Assembly (NCBI GenBank): GCA_973895155.1
Contig: OZ316896.1
Coordinates: 9,931,525-9,995,524 of the forward strand
Length of the DNA: 64,000 bases
DNA from: Marsupella aquatica
Taxonomy: Eukaryota; Plantae; Marchantiophyta
Direction of reading: 5' to 3'
The notes beneath the pieces were generated by a model. It saw only the letters and a program-made list of their open reading frames with translations, was not told the origin of the DNA and made no database searches. The translations under genes were made by a program, and so were the position numbers. Positions 37,859 to 50,528 of this stretch are shown piece after piece; position 1 is the first letter of the stretch, and every line of letters starts with the position of its first letter.

Positions 37859-38860
37859 TCAAATAGCTAGGCTGCCAGAGTGAGAGTCTTCGTCACATTC
37901 TGGCGACTGTGCCACATCCACCGGGTGCACAATGGGGCCATCGTTCTGAACCGTGTGAGGGGGAATTGGTAGAGCTGTTCTTGAGGCAGTTCTTCGAATG
38001 GCCCTAGATGCATTCTCTGCCTCTGCCTGGTCCTCCATCTCAATTTGTTTTTTGAACTTCTCCATATTCCTCGCTCTTTGAATCCTAAAATATTCTTGAC
38101 ATTCTGGATCAAGATCTGTTGCTCTCATTGTGAACAGGTTTTGAAGATTTTGTTCCTCCATGAGCTTGATTCGCTTGGCATTAAGTAAAGCCATGTCACG
38201 TTGTGCATAAGCAGCAATTCTGAAAGAACAATCTTCCGCTGTCAATTTCTTTGCAGCCTTGTTGCCGATCGGTCTCACCTGCCCAAAGCTTCTACCTTCT
38301 TCTGGGCCTGTAGTGTCTGAGGAAGAGTTTACATTGTTGTCAATAATGTCTCCAGTGGTGCTGCTTGGCTGGGCGTTCTCCTTCTCTACTGTCCCCCTTC
38401 CGTTCCCCTTTCCCTTTCCCTTCCCCTTCCCTTTTTGTGCCATGTCGTCCACCGTAATCGCAAATCGAGGGCAGTCCTTCAGAAGCTCCCAACAATCAAA
38501 GTTGAGGAATTGTTTTCCCTTTGGATGCTTGGTAGCATATAGCTCCTTGGCCTTCGTCAAAACGTCCTCATCATTTGCGCCAGAGATGCGCAGGTCTAGC
38601 ACTGTAGCATATGTGCCAGAAAATTTTGCCACATCATGTTTCAAATCGCCCCATTTGCTCTCCAACGATCTTGCCCCTCTTTCCTGTGTTGTTCGAGGTC
38701 GATGTGAGTTGTAGTGCTGAGCCACACGATCCCAAAATGCCTGATTCCTTTGCGCTGCACCAACAATTGGATCCTGCGAGATATGCATCCAAGAAATGGA
38801 CAGTTGCTTCAGCTCGGCATTGGAAAAATTCTGCCCTCGAGATTTGCCCGATTCTGCCAT
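37859..38860 (-). CDS. PIF/Harbinger Myb/SANT-like DNA-binding protein
   Basis: Starts MAESGKSRGQNFSNAELKQLSISWMHISQDPIVGAAQRNQAFWDRV, with SLESKW, CWELLKDCPRF and RPIGNKAAK; intact ORF inside the TIRs. Confidence 0.85.
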   Translation of the reverse strand: MAESGKSRGQNFSNAELKQLSISWMHISQDPIVGAAQRNQAFWDRVAQHYNSHRPRTTQERGARSLESKWGDLKHDVAKFSGTYATVLDLRISGANDEDVLTKAKELYATKHPKGKQFLNFDCWELLKDCPRFAITVDDMAQKGKGKGKGKGNGRGTVEKENAQPSSTTGDIIDNNVNSSSDTTGPEEGRSFGQVRPIGNKAAKKLTAEDCSFRIAAYAQRDMALLNAKRIKLMEEQNLQNLFTMRATDLDPECQEYFRIQRARNMEKFKKQIEMEDQAEAENASRAIRRTASRTALPIPPHTVQNDGPIVHPVDVAQSPECDEDSHSGSLAI

Positions 38861-39585
38861 GCTGCAGGTCCACGAGGAAAGAATGTACAGGACAAGCACG
38901 CGGAGCAACAGTTGCACACAGAGATCCAGAAAGCACTGTGCACCTCAGACTTCTTCTACTTTCGTACCACGTTCGGCAAAAATATCAATGGCCAAAGTGG
39001 GACCAGATCGTCCCAGATGGTTCGACATCTGCCGTGGATCCTTGATGGTGTGTAGTGGCGGAGGAGTTTGGCGCCCGCCAGATTCAATCATTTCTGGCGG
39101 AGCGCGCTCAAGTTCTGGCGGGCCCGGTGTTCAAAATTAGTGTTGGCGGGCTACGGTGGGGCATCAAAAAACGAGTTGGTGGTCCCCTCTCACTAAAGTC
39201 GTTGCGGGCTGGGCAATTTAACGGGCCGGTGGGAATGCTCTAACAGTTGTAATAATTCTCTTACCTTGCCTCCCCAACGCAAGCTCTAGTGGGAAACTAA
39301 ATGTGGCTTGGTTCCTATTTTGGCAGGATTTGGTAAGCAGGTGAGATAGCCCCTACAAAACCCAAGAATCCATGGACATCCCAGACCCAATTGAGCTCAA
39401 GAGGACGTAGTCCTCTTTGAGAGATTTCTAACACACCCAAGAAGTCCTCCAACGAGTTACCGTCGCTTTCATTTGGCGTTTCCCCTTGGTGTCGCGACCG
39501 CCGTGGCCCCTGGGAGACACCTTCACTCCGTGTAAAAGAAGTGGACCCCCTTGCGATCGGGCCCTTTTACTGTTTACCCCTTGTT

Positions 39586-40132
39586 CTCGGGGGGGTCACT
39601 TCCATGGAAGTGGCATATCATGTGCGACAAAGTATAGGGCCATTTAAATGGTTTTGGCGGAAGACTTATTAAGTATTCTATGCAAATATAGGGTTGTTTA
39701 ATTGCAAAATGCATACGTGTCATCACATGATTGGTGCCGTACAATTCTCAGGGGTCTCACTATATGGGGACCTCCCCATCGCCTACGACGTTTTTAGGCC
39801 TCGGACCCCCTAAAATGTAAGAAAAAAATTTATTTTTTAACCCCTATAAAGTTGGAATATTCTTGGAATATTCTAAAAATTGGATTAAAAAGACCCTAAT
39901 GTTCTTATAAGTCTCAAAATTGAATTTTAAAGACTATTGTTCTTCTACAAAAATTCTTAAGTCTTCCCTTAGAACCAATAAAATGACCCTATCCTTCGTC
40001 GCACGTGATATGCCATTTTTGTGGAAGTGAAACCCCCGAGGTACAATTTTATAGAAAGTGACTTAGGGGGTTCATAAATGACCCAAACAGTCGCACGTGA
40101 TGTATGACCCTTCATATAGTGACCCCCCCGAG
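39586..40132. mobile_element. CTCGGGG-terminus MITE, middle member of the nest
   Basis: TIR ctcgggggggtcact / agtgacccccccgag; TSD cccttgtt at 39578-39585 and 40133-40140. Confidence 0.8.
39747..40040. mobile_element. 294-bp MITE, inner member of the nest
   Basis: Ends ctcaggggtctcact / agtgaaacccccgag; TSD gtacaatt at 39739-39746 and 40041-40048. Confidence 0.8.
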
Positions 40133-42980
40133 CCCTTGTTATTTCCATTTTACTATTAACAGTTCTCTTATTACCGGTAATAATTATAATTATTAGTTCA
40201 AAATTAAGCGTTTGCACGTCCTCCACGTATTAGTTAAGACTGAGGGCCCAGGGGCCATGGCTCACGACTTGGGCTCACCCTTGGCCCCTAGGGAGACACC
40301 ACTCCCCTCATATATATGCTTTTGGAGACCTGCCACCGCCGGACAAACTTTGGTACTCATACTTTGGCCCCACACCTGGACCCCAACCCGCACGCCTAAG
40401 CATGCCACCAACTGGCTATGTCTATAACTTTCTAGTTAGACGTCTATAGGCAGACTGCCTTAGCCCATTGTGATCAGGCCGACCTAGTGCTCATGCCTAG
40501 GTCCTCAAAACCCATCGTCAATTGGGGTCCCCGGGCGGCCACACCTGGGCCGGGCCATATGTCATGCCCCAAGTAAACTCCATTAGCCTAAGTAAACTCC
40601 ATTAGCCTTGGGCCCAAGAGGAGCTCTCACTCAAGCCCTTAGAACTCAAAGTCCATTTGGGGTCCAGATGATCAACCTTGAGTCCGACCCTTTCCCATGA
40701 CCCAATCAGCCCCTAGCTAGTCTAAGTCCTTAGTGTGCGTCACCAGCTTAGTGCTTTGCCTTCCCTAGTGCAACGCCTTATTGCCCACAAGTCTCCCCAT
40801 GCTAAGTCCTCACTAGATGGCCGTTCTGGCCTTGGGCCATAGAGGAGCTCGACGTTGGAGTCAGCGACACTAGAGCTAAGTGTTAAGGTAGTTGACTTCC
40901 ACGACTGCCTCCATCCATATAATTATTTTATCATCCGAGGCCATGCACGGAGTTTGGGTCTAGAGGACACGAGGGAATCATGCTTGTATCAGGCCAGAAT
41001 GAAAAAGCAGAGCTTTTATTCGGTTCGGAAAGGACCCGCCCAAAACCTAGTACTCCGCCATACCTATGCCCATGCACTAACATCCATAAACAATTCCAAT
41101 CTTGACACCAGTAGAAAATCACTTGGACACATGATTTCCCCATTCACACAATAAATGCTTGGATAGAAGGAGAACAATACACTACCATTTTGAGTAGAAA
41201 ATTAACTAACTTAAAATCAATTTATAGAAGATTAAAAATAATTGTCTATTGAGAGACTGAGGAGAACAAAATCCTTAATTAGATTTCTGTTCTTTCTTAT
41301 ATACTAGACTATGAAGAATTTTCCAAGTTACCGGCCCTGACCCTAAATCCTGAATTCTTTCTTGCAACACCATCATTGACCAAAGACACAAATAATGGCC
41401 GTAAGCATAAAATGATGATGCCAATGATAGATTGATAGCCACAATGAAATGGCTTTCGTGACAATTGTGCAACGCATGGGCAATGGGTTTGTACCCTCAT
41501 AACAACGCATTAATAACACAATTTTGGAATGAGTGAGAAGGATGGCACAGTTCTTGTTCCGATAAAATGAGCTCTGACTTATGAAAACTCATGGCCGGTC
41601 TATTGATTGTTGCAGCGGGAATTCAGGCAGCAATACGTTCATTGTCTGGTACACCCAAAAGTAACAAAAAGTTACCGCAAAGAGTAATTTGGACCCCAAA
41701 CAGGCAGTTGACCACAGCCCATGTCTTACCCCAAGCTACTTGTAACCTAACCATGGTTAGAGGCATAAGTAACCACTATTAGACAAAACACTAGATAATG
41801 GGGCGCTTGACATACATAGAAAGCTCAATAATTGGCAAGAGCAAACAACATCTATCAAGTTTCACATTCCCATCACTTTGTGAATATTTGATTTTTGAGG
41901 ACATCTGATTGAGCATTGGAGATGCACAGAAAATCCCCATTTTTTTCACTAGGTAGCTTGAAAGTTGAAGACCACACCAGACAATTTTAAGTTCAACGGA
42001 CCAGAATTTATTTCGTCACCCAATCAAATATTGAGTACTACTAAAAACTAACATTCTACACGATGATGATGACTGTCCAAATGAAGCACTAGCGGCTTCT
42101 GTAGAGGGGTAACCCTACATTGACTGCTAGTGTTAATTCAAGACTGCTCAATTTTTGGATGGGCCTGGTCAAGTATTAATTAAATAGATCCTGGGGTCGG
42201 TGAAGTCCTTATTTAAAAGCGTTTTAATAATTTCAGATTGGAAGGGCACGGTCAGGGACTAGTCAAATACATGTTGGGGACTTGGGGTCAATGTCGGAAG
42301 GACCAGGTCAAGTTCTAATAAATATACTTTGGGCTTTTGCCTCGAAAAGCTATCTGGATTCCATGCAGCATGGGGTCGGTTATTCAAGTCCTGCTTGGTT
42401 GTTTAAGTCCTGCTTGTTTATTCAAGTCCTTATTTAATCATAGTTTCCGAGTATGGACAACAGCTCGCGTCAGCCTCTTAGGGAGGTAGCCAGCAGTCAA
42501 AGATTTCCCACAGGCCAGTGGGTGGAGGCCATGGATTGATCACTTCAAGTTTAGGTTTTGGTTGATAAGATTCTGGAGAGCAGACACACTGAAGGGCTTT
42601 CCAGTCCTCAGAAGATATTAATTCACAGGGGCAGCTAGGGTGACGAGTGAGGTAACCCAGGGAGTCAAATGAATGATTTACTACAGGCCATTGGGTGGAG
42701 GCCATGGACTGATTAATTCAAGTTTGGTTGCAGAATTCTGAAGAGCAAACACAGTGAAGTGCTCAGTGAAGTGCTCTTAGCTTCAGTCCACTCAAGATAT
42801 ACACAGAGGTAGGGTGATGAGATGCAATATTTTCAAGCTTTTCACAGCTCGGTTTGCTCTGAGCGAGTTGAGCAGGGACAGTCGCCTGACGTTGGCGAAT
42901 GGTGTGTCATGTTCGGTGGAATCAATTTCAGGGTGATGAAGGGTGGGTGGACATATTAGAGGAGCAAGTGGAACGAAATC

Positions 42981-45900
42981 ATGAAGTGTCGGGAGGCCTT
43001 CGTGGTTTTACAGATATTTTTAAGTATTCTTGGGTCCGTCCATGCTGATAGGAGCTCCGATTTGTTACAAACGATACAGGATCAAGCGAGAACACTTGCA
43101 CTGGCAGCAGAAGTCAACTATGCCAATACTTGTGGTACATGATTAATCTCAGCTGGACTGTTCGCTCATATATTCTCGATTGTGACTAAACGCACCTCGC
43201 AAGTTTGTTCTCGTTAGCGACTTCCTTGTTGATGGTATCTTGTCAGCCTTGACTTTATTGCCAGATCCAGAATCAATCATCGACGTACGGGTAGAGCTAG
43301 TGGCATCGGGATAACTAATGACCGTGTTCCACTGCTTTTACAGAACTCGTGAGTACATGCCTCTCATCGCAGAATTGTTCAAAATTGGAATGCTATCCGA
43401 TTGACCATCAGAGCAGCGAGACAACTTGTGCATCCACTGGCTACAACGAGGTTTGTAACACGACAGGAGCACCTTGCAACAATACTATCCAGGCTAATTT
43501 CCTTAAAGGATATATCAGGTGAGTTGCCCACTTAAGTGGAGCAAATCGATGCGTAAATTGGTTGACAGCGCATTGGTATTCGACTTGATATTGGAGAGTA
43601 CGTATATGTGTTTTAATCTATTTAGTAATTCCCAACGCATGGCCACAACTCGCAAAGCCGCTCAGGGGCATTGTTTAGATTGTGAATCCAGGAAGAGACT
43701 CTTCGAGAGAGTATTTCCGCAGGTGCTCACGGATGTATGCTGAAATTTACCCGCTCCATATGCATGTCTGCAGGACTCCGTCGCTTAGCTTCTCAGCGCA
43801 AGAACGAGAGATGTACTTAGGAAGCACGATCTGTACCCAACGAAATCTTGACCAAAACTTCATCAACGTGACTAAGACCTTAAGCAGGACCGCCAATATT
43901 AATTACTTCTACAATCTCTTTTTCGGTGCTGTCGACGGTTCATTTCGCCACTATCCTGGAAGAGTAAGCATTCCCCGGGAAGCATTTCTAATTTTGCCCG
44001 GGCCGTCAGTATAGTCATACCTAATTGTAAGAAAGTTTTGAGAATGTAAGCTTTCGACACGGATATATGTTACGTTGGTCTGTCTTGACGTGTCCGACCT
44101 GATGGACCTCTCATTGCGTTGTCAGGAAAGTCCCAACCGCGATTGTGGCCAGTATGACCCTCGACTACGACCATGGTATGTAACTCTGAACCTTCGAATT
44201 GCTTATCTACTTCGAATGCATCTGTTAATGCCCTCTTATTATAGAAACTATCTGGTTACTAGTTTCCCCTTGATCTTGTACGAGAGAGCTCGATATCAGG
44301 GCTTATATCGTTTCGTTCACTATGCAGGTATATTGGAGCTGTATCCATTCTCAAAGATGTGGTTGTGCTAATTGATACTGGGACGGCTATGCAACAAAAT
44401 GTTGATTTTCTGGATTCCACGACGTCATTGCTTGAAACGACTATGGCTATGATAACCAGTTTTGTGAAGACTCTTGCGTCAGGAGACCGAGTTACAGTAC
44501 TTCCCGTCAACGCGTCTGGTAGTTATCCAGGACAGAGTCGATATTATCAGGTAATTTGATTGATGCTACAGAATGGAGCACATTAGAAACCCTCAGAACA
44601 CATGGTGTTATTGACTCGTTCCAACTTTCTCCTTTGCATTAAGGTTACTTATCTTGATCCAGATCGTGATTCGTATACAGTAATTTGAAAGCCGTCTACA
44701 CCCGGAGCTCCAGCGTTTAACTTAAAAATTGGCTGCCACTTGGTACCCATTTAATTTGCAGTATAATGTCCCAGCCAACCAGCCCCTGGATTCCTCGACC
44801 CCTGAGTTCAAAGGTCTGCTCTCATATATGAGCGGTTCAACATTCTCTGGAACCGGAGCGAATGGCAATGGGGCACCCACCAACTTCACTGACGGATTCC
44901 TCCAGGCCAATTCTACCTTCAGCAGCTCCTCACCCACTAACTCCATGAAGGTGCAGAGCTTACACTCATATTCTGGATTGGTGGTGAATTGTCTCTGTCA
45001 ATCCTTTTGATACGATACCATTTTGCTTATAAGAGGACTTATGGGATGATTTAATTAGTGCGCTCGATCGTGCTGAAGCTAATTGATGTACGTACTTTCG
45101 TTCTAAGAGTTGGAAGCCTGCCGATTCTTCTGCGACTTGCAGATTGTAATTCTCGTCACGAATAGCAAGGGCAATAATATTGCCCCGAATATTCCTCACA
45201 AGGGCGATCTGGCCGCAGCGGGTGCGTTCAAGAGCTCAGGGTCGCAGTTGTTCGTGTACGACTTGAGTCCTGGTGCAACTTATTGGGGCACATATGCTTG
45301 TCTAGACGGGGAAATGAAGAGCTTGTTTTCTGTCAACCCTCTGCTCTTCATGAGTTCATATTACAGCTTTTTGGCTAGCGCTCGTGTTGCAGCCAGTAAT
45401 AACCAAATCACGCCCTTCTGGCACCAGCCTCACTACTCTGCCAGTGAGTTTGGGCAGGTCATCACGGTCGCGTATCCTGGTACGCTCCAAGTTGAAAATC
45501 TCTCGAAACAAATGTCCATTCGTTTTTGAACTTTTGAAGTACCTCATTTATGATAGCCTTCTCACAAGGAGTAGCTGAATTAAGGACATGTGGCGCTTTC
45601 CATCCTCTCGTAGTAACTGTTTGAAACTTGATTGACTTTTTCAGCAATTTCTCCCGACGGACAGTTGATTGGGGTGGCTGGAATCGATGTTCAGATAGCT
45701 GGACTTGAGAGTGATCCGCTTCTCAAATCAGGCGTTATAAATACTCTGGCCAACAGCCCGTACATCCTCATTTCTCAGAATCCGAACGCTGGCAATATTG
45801 ACATCTGCGAGACGGTCAGCCTTCCTCTCCCTCTGCTTGCAGGGTTTTGTCTATTTTGACTCCATTGTTATAGTCCCCCACTGGCCCCTCCACACTACCC

Positions 45901-48404
45901 CACCCACCTCCTCCTCTTCACCGTCCCTTTTGTTTTGAATTTGTGATATCCTTGCTCGAATAGAATGCATGAATGAATTTGAATGGTTGTATCATCGGTC
46001 ATTCATGCGTTTAATTCTCATTCTCATCCACTCATTCGTTCACATTTTCTTAGTGTCTCATTAATTATGCGACATGCAGTTTTGGTTGGAGGAGTTCTAA
46101 CTCAATCCAAAGCTGACGTCTATGTTATTTTGTCAGTTAGAGTGCATTACTACTGTAGACATATATGGCTGAACTTCCGTCCATTTCTGGTCTCATTGCC
46201 TGCTTAGACTCGTCATCCTTAAATTCCGCTCAGCAGTAAATTTTCGACATGAGTGAGTAGGAGATGAATCCGAAGAGCATCCACGGTCGAAACAGTAGAG
46301 TGCGAGGCGGGAATGCATTCCTCCAAACTCTACAGTGCCAGATTTCTGGGTCTACATATCTCTCCTCTCGAGAGCAGCACGTGAGCAAGCCTTGCGATGC
46401 TGTGCTCTGGCCAACCATGTCTAGGTCTGCCTTGCAAGATGGGTACTTAGGTCATATTGCCATTTCCAACTAGAAACTAGTGTTTGGATGCGTTCTTCGA
46501 CATGCTGAATTTGGTAATAGTTATTACATCTTCCAATTAGCCTTCACGTGAAAACCTGTTAGTTTGATTGAAGGATTTCGGAAGCCACGTAGGTACAAAC
46601 TACAAACTTGAGCCCTCCTCATAGTCCTTCAACGATTAGTATCTGCTTCCACCCCCCCACGAGATATAGGATGATTTCAAAATCTCCGGGACCGCATGGA
46701 ATTTCAGTGCTCTTTCTAGTGTCGAGACTTTTCTACTCGTGGGGATAGCGCATGATGAATGAGTGAAGGTCCAAAGTAATGCGGGACGGGTTGGCTTGTT
46801 GTTTCTAACATTGAGGCTATAATAATGTAATTGATTCAGTTTAGGGGCTCCATGTGAGGATGGGCTAAAGATGTTGGTTGGTTTGCCTGCAGGCATATAA
46901 GAGCAATTGTTCGGCCATTGCAGTAGGAAGTACTGCGTCGCTCTGCAATCCGACACGGGGGCCCGCAACAGACGAGGAATTGACACCATTGATATGCTGT
47001 CAGAACTGCCTTGGGGGCTCAAGTAATCACCTTTCCATAGTGGTGAGTGTAGTGGTGGGTGTAGTGGTCGGGCTGCTTGTGCTGGCCGTGTTGGTTTTCC
47101 TACGAAGGAGGTTGAAGCGAAGACCGGTCGGAAGCATAAGGAAAAGGCTCGCCTTAAATGATTATTCTTATGATGTGCTCCGGAAAGCTACAAATGATTT
47201 TGCTACAAAGAACATCATTGGTAAAGGAGCCTTCGGGGTAGTATACAAAGGGGTTCTTGGAAATGAATTGGTGGCGGTGAAGCAGTTGTCTAAACCAGCA
47301 GATCGAGCCGAAGATTTCGAGGCTGAGATCAAGATTCTTGGTGTAACGAGTCATTCCAACCTGGTTGAGCTGAAAGGGACCTGTTTCCAGCCCACTAAGT
47401 GCTTTTTAGTCTACGAGTTGGTCGTTGGCGGTGATCTGCATGGTTGGCTTTGGCCTGCAGAAAAGAAAAGTGATGCGTGTGAGAGTGACAGTGAATTTAG
47501 GACTAAGCGATTTCTGACTTGGAATAAGCGGAGAAAAATTGCCAGGGGGGTCGCTAGAGGACTGAATTATCTGCACCGTGGCCTGGAACCCAACGGGGCG
47601 GTTTTTCATTTGGACATAAAACCCCGCAACATTCTCGTGGAGTACAACTTCAATCCAAAGATAGCAGACTTTGGCACTTCGCAGCTCTACGAGCCAGGTT
47701 ACACGTTCCAGGCACAGTCCGTGGTTTGTGGGACGTTTGGGTACATCGCTCCCGAGGTCCTTCAAGGTGGAATGAAACCGAACTCCAAGATAGACGTGTA
47801 CAGTTATGGAGTGGTCTTGTTACAGATCGTGAGTGGGCGGCAGATTAATGACCCAGAAGTGCAACCTTTCATGCTTCAGTGGGCGAGAACTCAAGTAGAA
47901 GATGGCCATGTCGAGAGGGTGGTGGATCAGACCCTCAGCGGGACAGTGCGGGTGGAGTGTAGAGAGGCTCTGATGGCGAATTGTAAGCAGTTGATCAACT
48001 TAGCAATGCGCTGTCTTGCGGAGAGACCAGAATTGAGGCCTGAGATGAATGAAGTTCTGGAGACCATTGACGGTTTACGCGATGTGCTTGACCTCGAAAC
48101 TCCGCCTACCAGTGACGACGACATATCAGGCCCTGCCGACCATGAAACGTCTACAGATGGTGAGCTCAAAAAGCTTACCTCCAGGCGTTTGAGAGCCGTC
48201 TCGGGAGAACGCGAAGGATTGTACAAACACTTGAGTTCTGAATCTAAGGATGAAGTAGGAAGCATTGAGAGGAACACTGAAATTGCACCGTCACTTGGTT
48301 CACCAGCAGAGGCAGTAAAGGGGCGTGATTTCTTTGGAGGTACTCAATATGGGTATATGTCCCTAGGGGGGCTTCAGAAGAAGGCGTCCCAGCCCATAAT
48401 GTAA
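42981..48404 (+). CDS. alpha2-delta/CACHD1-like (dCache+VWA) receptor-like kinase, copy 2, 999 aa, 9 exons
   Basis: Exons 42981-43134, 43344-43518, 43774-43963, 44126-44175, 44328-44550, 44762-44950, 45143-45479, 45645-45814, 46893-48404. Exons 1-8 have the same lengths as in copy 1. Motifs YDPRLRPWY, GVAGIDV, HLDIKPRN. Confidence 0.9.
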
Positions 48405-49192
48405 GGTGGGATGACCATAAAAGGCTTATGGGCCACTTCAGCATTGGCACACCCAACTTATCCATGGCTTTATCCATGGCTGATTAGTAGGGGAACAATT
48501 ATGGTACCCTGTACATGCACTGTTTCCAAAGCTTAGAGGCAGTCTAAACTTTTGTCCTCTTGAACTCGTGGAATGCATTTCCATCTACAGTAGACCCTAT
48601 GTTAGTCAGAGGCATGGAAGCTAGATTTCAGGCTTAAAGCGTTCCACCTGATTTGGCCTGGGAAAAGTTTTACTGTTGGCTCACTAGTTCTTGTAAAACC
48701 ACCCTTAGTAAACCTGAAGAGTTCTGTAAAAAATACATATCATCTCCTTCTCATTAATTCTCAACCATTAGGTGTACATAAGTAATAAAAGCATTTTGAT
48801 GTGTGACTACTCGTGTGGAACCATCAGATGTTGTTCTTTGAAGCAAAAACTGGGCAGAGGTCCTGAGCAGATTTGTGGGCATTGATAGGTCAAGGTTCTA
48901 TATGACCTTCCATAAGAAAAAGTGCAGTATAATAAACTATTTAACTTTAGGGTTGGAGTCTTTTGCAAATGTTACCAAGTCAGAGGATTGATATGAGTTT
49001 ACCATAATTTGGACTCTGCAGTTGTTTGTGCAAACTACTAGCCTAAGAGGTGGGAGGCTTGAGGGGACAAATCCTGCTCCCAATCCTGCTTGATCCTCCT
49101 GCCTTAGTTTCCAGTTTCTTTGTGCCTCTTGCTTGTTCTGCTACCTCCCAGTTTTTGTTTTGTTTTGTTTGGGGGGGGGGGGGGGGGGGCTG

Positions 49193-49610
49193 TGTTAAGC
49201 ATAGACTATAATTGCAACAACAAGCCCATGACCCATTCAACGCACAAGTAGTTGACACAAGAGATACGTGATTCACCTCCTCGAGGCTACGTTCACGGGA
49301 ATACACAAGAGAGCTTTACTGAACTCTAAGCCCATGACCATACCAAGTCTCCACAATATTTAAGCTCTCCTCATTTTCCGCCTCATCTCTCAAGTGGCTC
49401 CGTAACAATGAACCTTAGTTCCACTTATCCTAGTAAACACAGCTTAGGATATAGTGTGCAACTTAGTTAACCTAATCACATCTCTGACCACGACTAGCTT
49501 AACTAAGGTTGCATGACATAACCCTAGACGTAAGAGTAATACCTACAAGCCTGCAATGTTATATGACTACCTCTATATTTAAAAATGGGAGTGTCTACTA
49601 TAATATTTAA
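49193..49610. mobile_element. Possible solo-LTR fragment
   Basis: Begins TGT after a poly-G run and contains tacgtgattcacc...ggctacgttcac, which resembles plant Copia LTR sequence. No TSD was confirmed. Confidence 0.3.
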
Positions 49611-50233
49611 TAGCCGTTTGGGCCTCCTGGTTCCCCCATCCACAAGGGATAGGGCAAGGGCATATTTAAGCAATGCAAAACACATAGATGAACCCCAGGT
49701 GATCAAGTATTTTAATCTGCAGATAAAGCAAGAAAACTTCTATAATTGCTCATTGTTAGTCTGCAGTGTTGTAGAGTACTAAGGTAGAGTGGGGTTAAAT
49801 CTCAATCCAGTCTCAATGCTTGCAATTGCATGATTATGGGTCACAAACTCAGCTACTTAGGATTCACCAAATCCTCACATTCATTATAGTGGGTGCAGTC
49901 ATGACATAGGCCACAAACAATTCAATCAAAGGAAACTCTAGCCCTAACTAAGTGTAAGAAAATTTTGATTTAATTACCTCTCACCCCATTCTAAATTTCA
50001 AACCATGGCTACAGACTCCACCTGGTTTAAGCGGATAATTAGATTAATGACAATCCTTTGACACGCCCATGAACTTTGTGTCAATTACTTGTGCAATGGA
50101 TGTTCATGCTTGTCATTGTAAATGTCATCTTTGCTCAACATTCCTGGCTAGATTAAGCAGGACCATCCGATCTGGCAACTATCCCTTGCAGGCAAGTATG
50201 GATTTGGCTAACTAAAGCACCATGCAAACCTCC

Positions 50234-50528
50234 CTTGGGGGTCTCACTATATGGAGACCTCCCCAACACCTGTGACATTTTAGGCCTAGGACCCCCTAAA
50301 ATGTAAGTTTTTTTAAAAAAAATTAACCCCTATAAAGTTGGAATAAAGTTGGAATATTCCAAAAGTTTGATTAAAAATACCCTAATGTTCTTATTTAAAA
50401 TTGGATTTAAACAACCCTATTGTTTTTCTACAAAAGACTTGTTCTTAAGTCTTCCCTTCAAACCAATAAAACAACCCTATACTTTCTCGCATGTGATGTG
50501 TCATTTTTGTGGAAGTGAAACCCCCAAG
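50234..50528. mobile_element. 295-bp MITE, same family as 39747-40040
   Basis: Ends cttgggggtctcactatatggagacc / gtggaagtgaaacccccaag; TSD aaacctcc/aaaccccc (7/8); internal similarity to 39747-40040. Confidence 0.75.

Larger units (their letters stand above)
35921..39240. mobile_element. PIF/Harbinger DNA transposon, 3320 bp
   Basis: TIR gagcattcccacc / ggtgggaatgctc; TAA TSD at 35918-35920 and 39241-39243; convergent nuclease and Myb-like ORFs. Confidence 0.95.
23990..39500 (-). mobile_element. Degenerate Ty3/Gypsy pol remnant (protease-RT) split by two DNA transposon insertions
   Basis: 23990-24723 reads [43 protein letters not shown] and LPKGLPP. 35485-35917 carries protease-like FYVLEGLAVDFILSISYLRKH. 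The sequence resumes after 39243. Outer limits are approximate. Confidence 0.75.
39508..40253. mobile_element. CCCTGGG-terminus MITE, outer member of a triple nest
   Basis: Ends ccctggg...gcccaggg; TSD gccgtggc (39500-39507) / gccatggc (40254-40261), 7/8 match. Confidence 0.7.
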
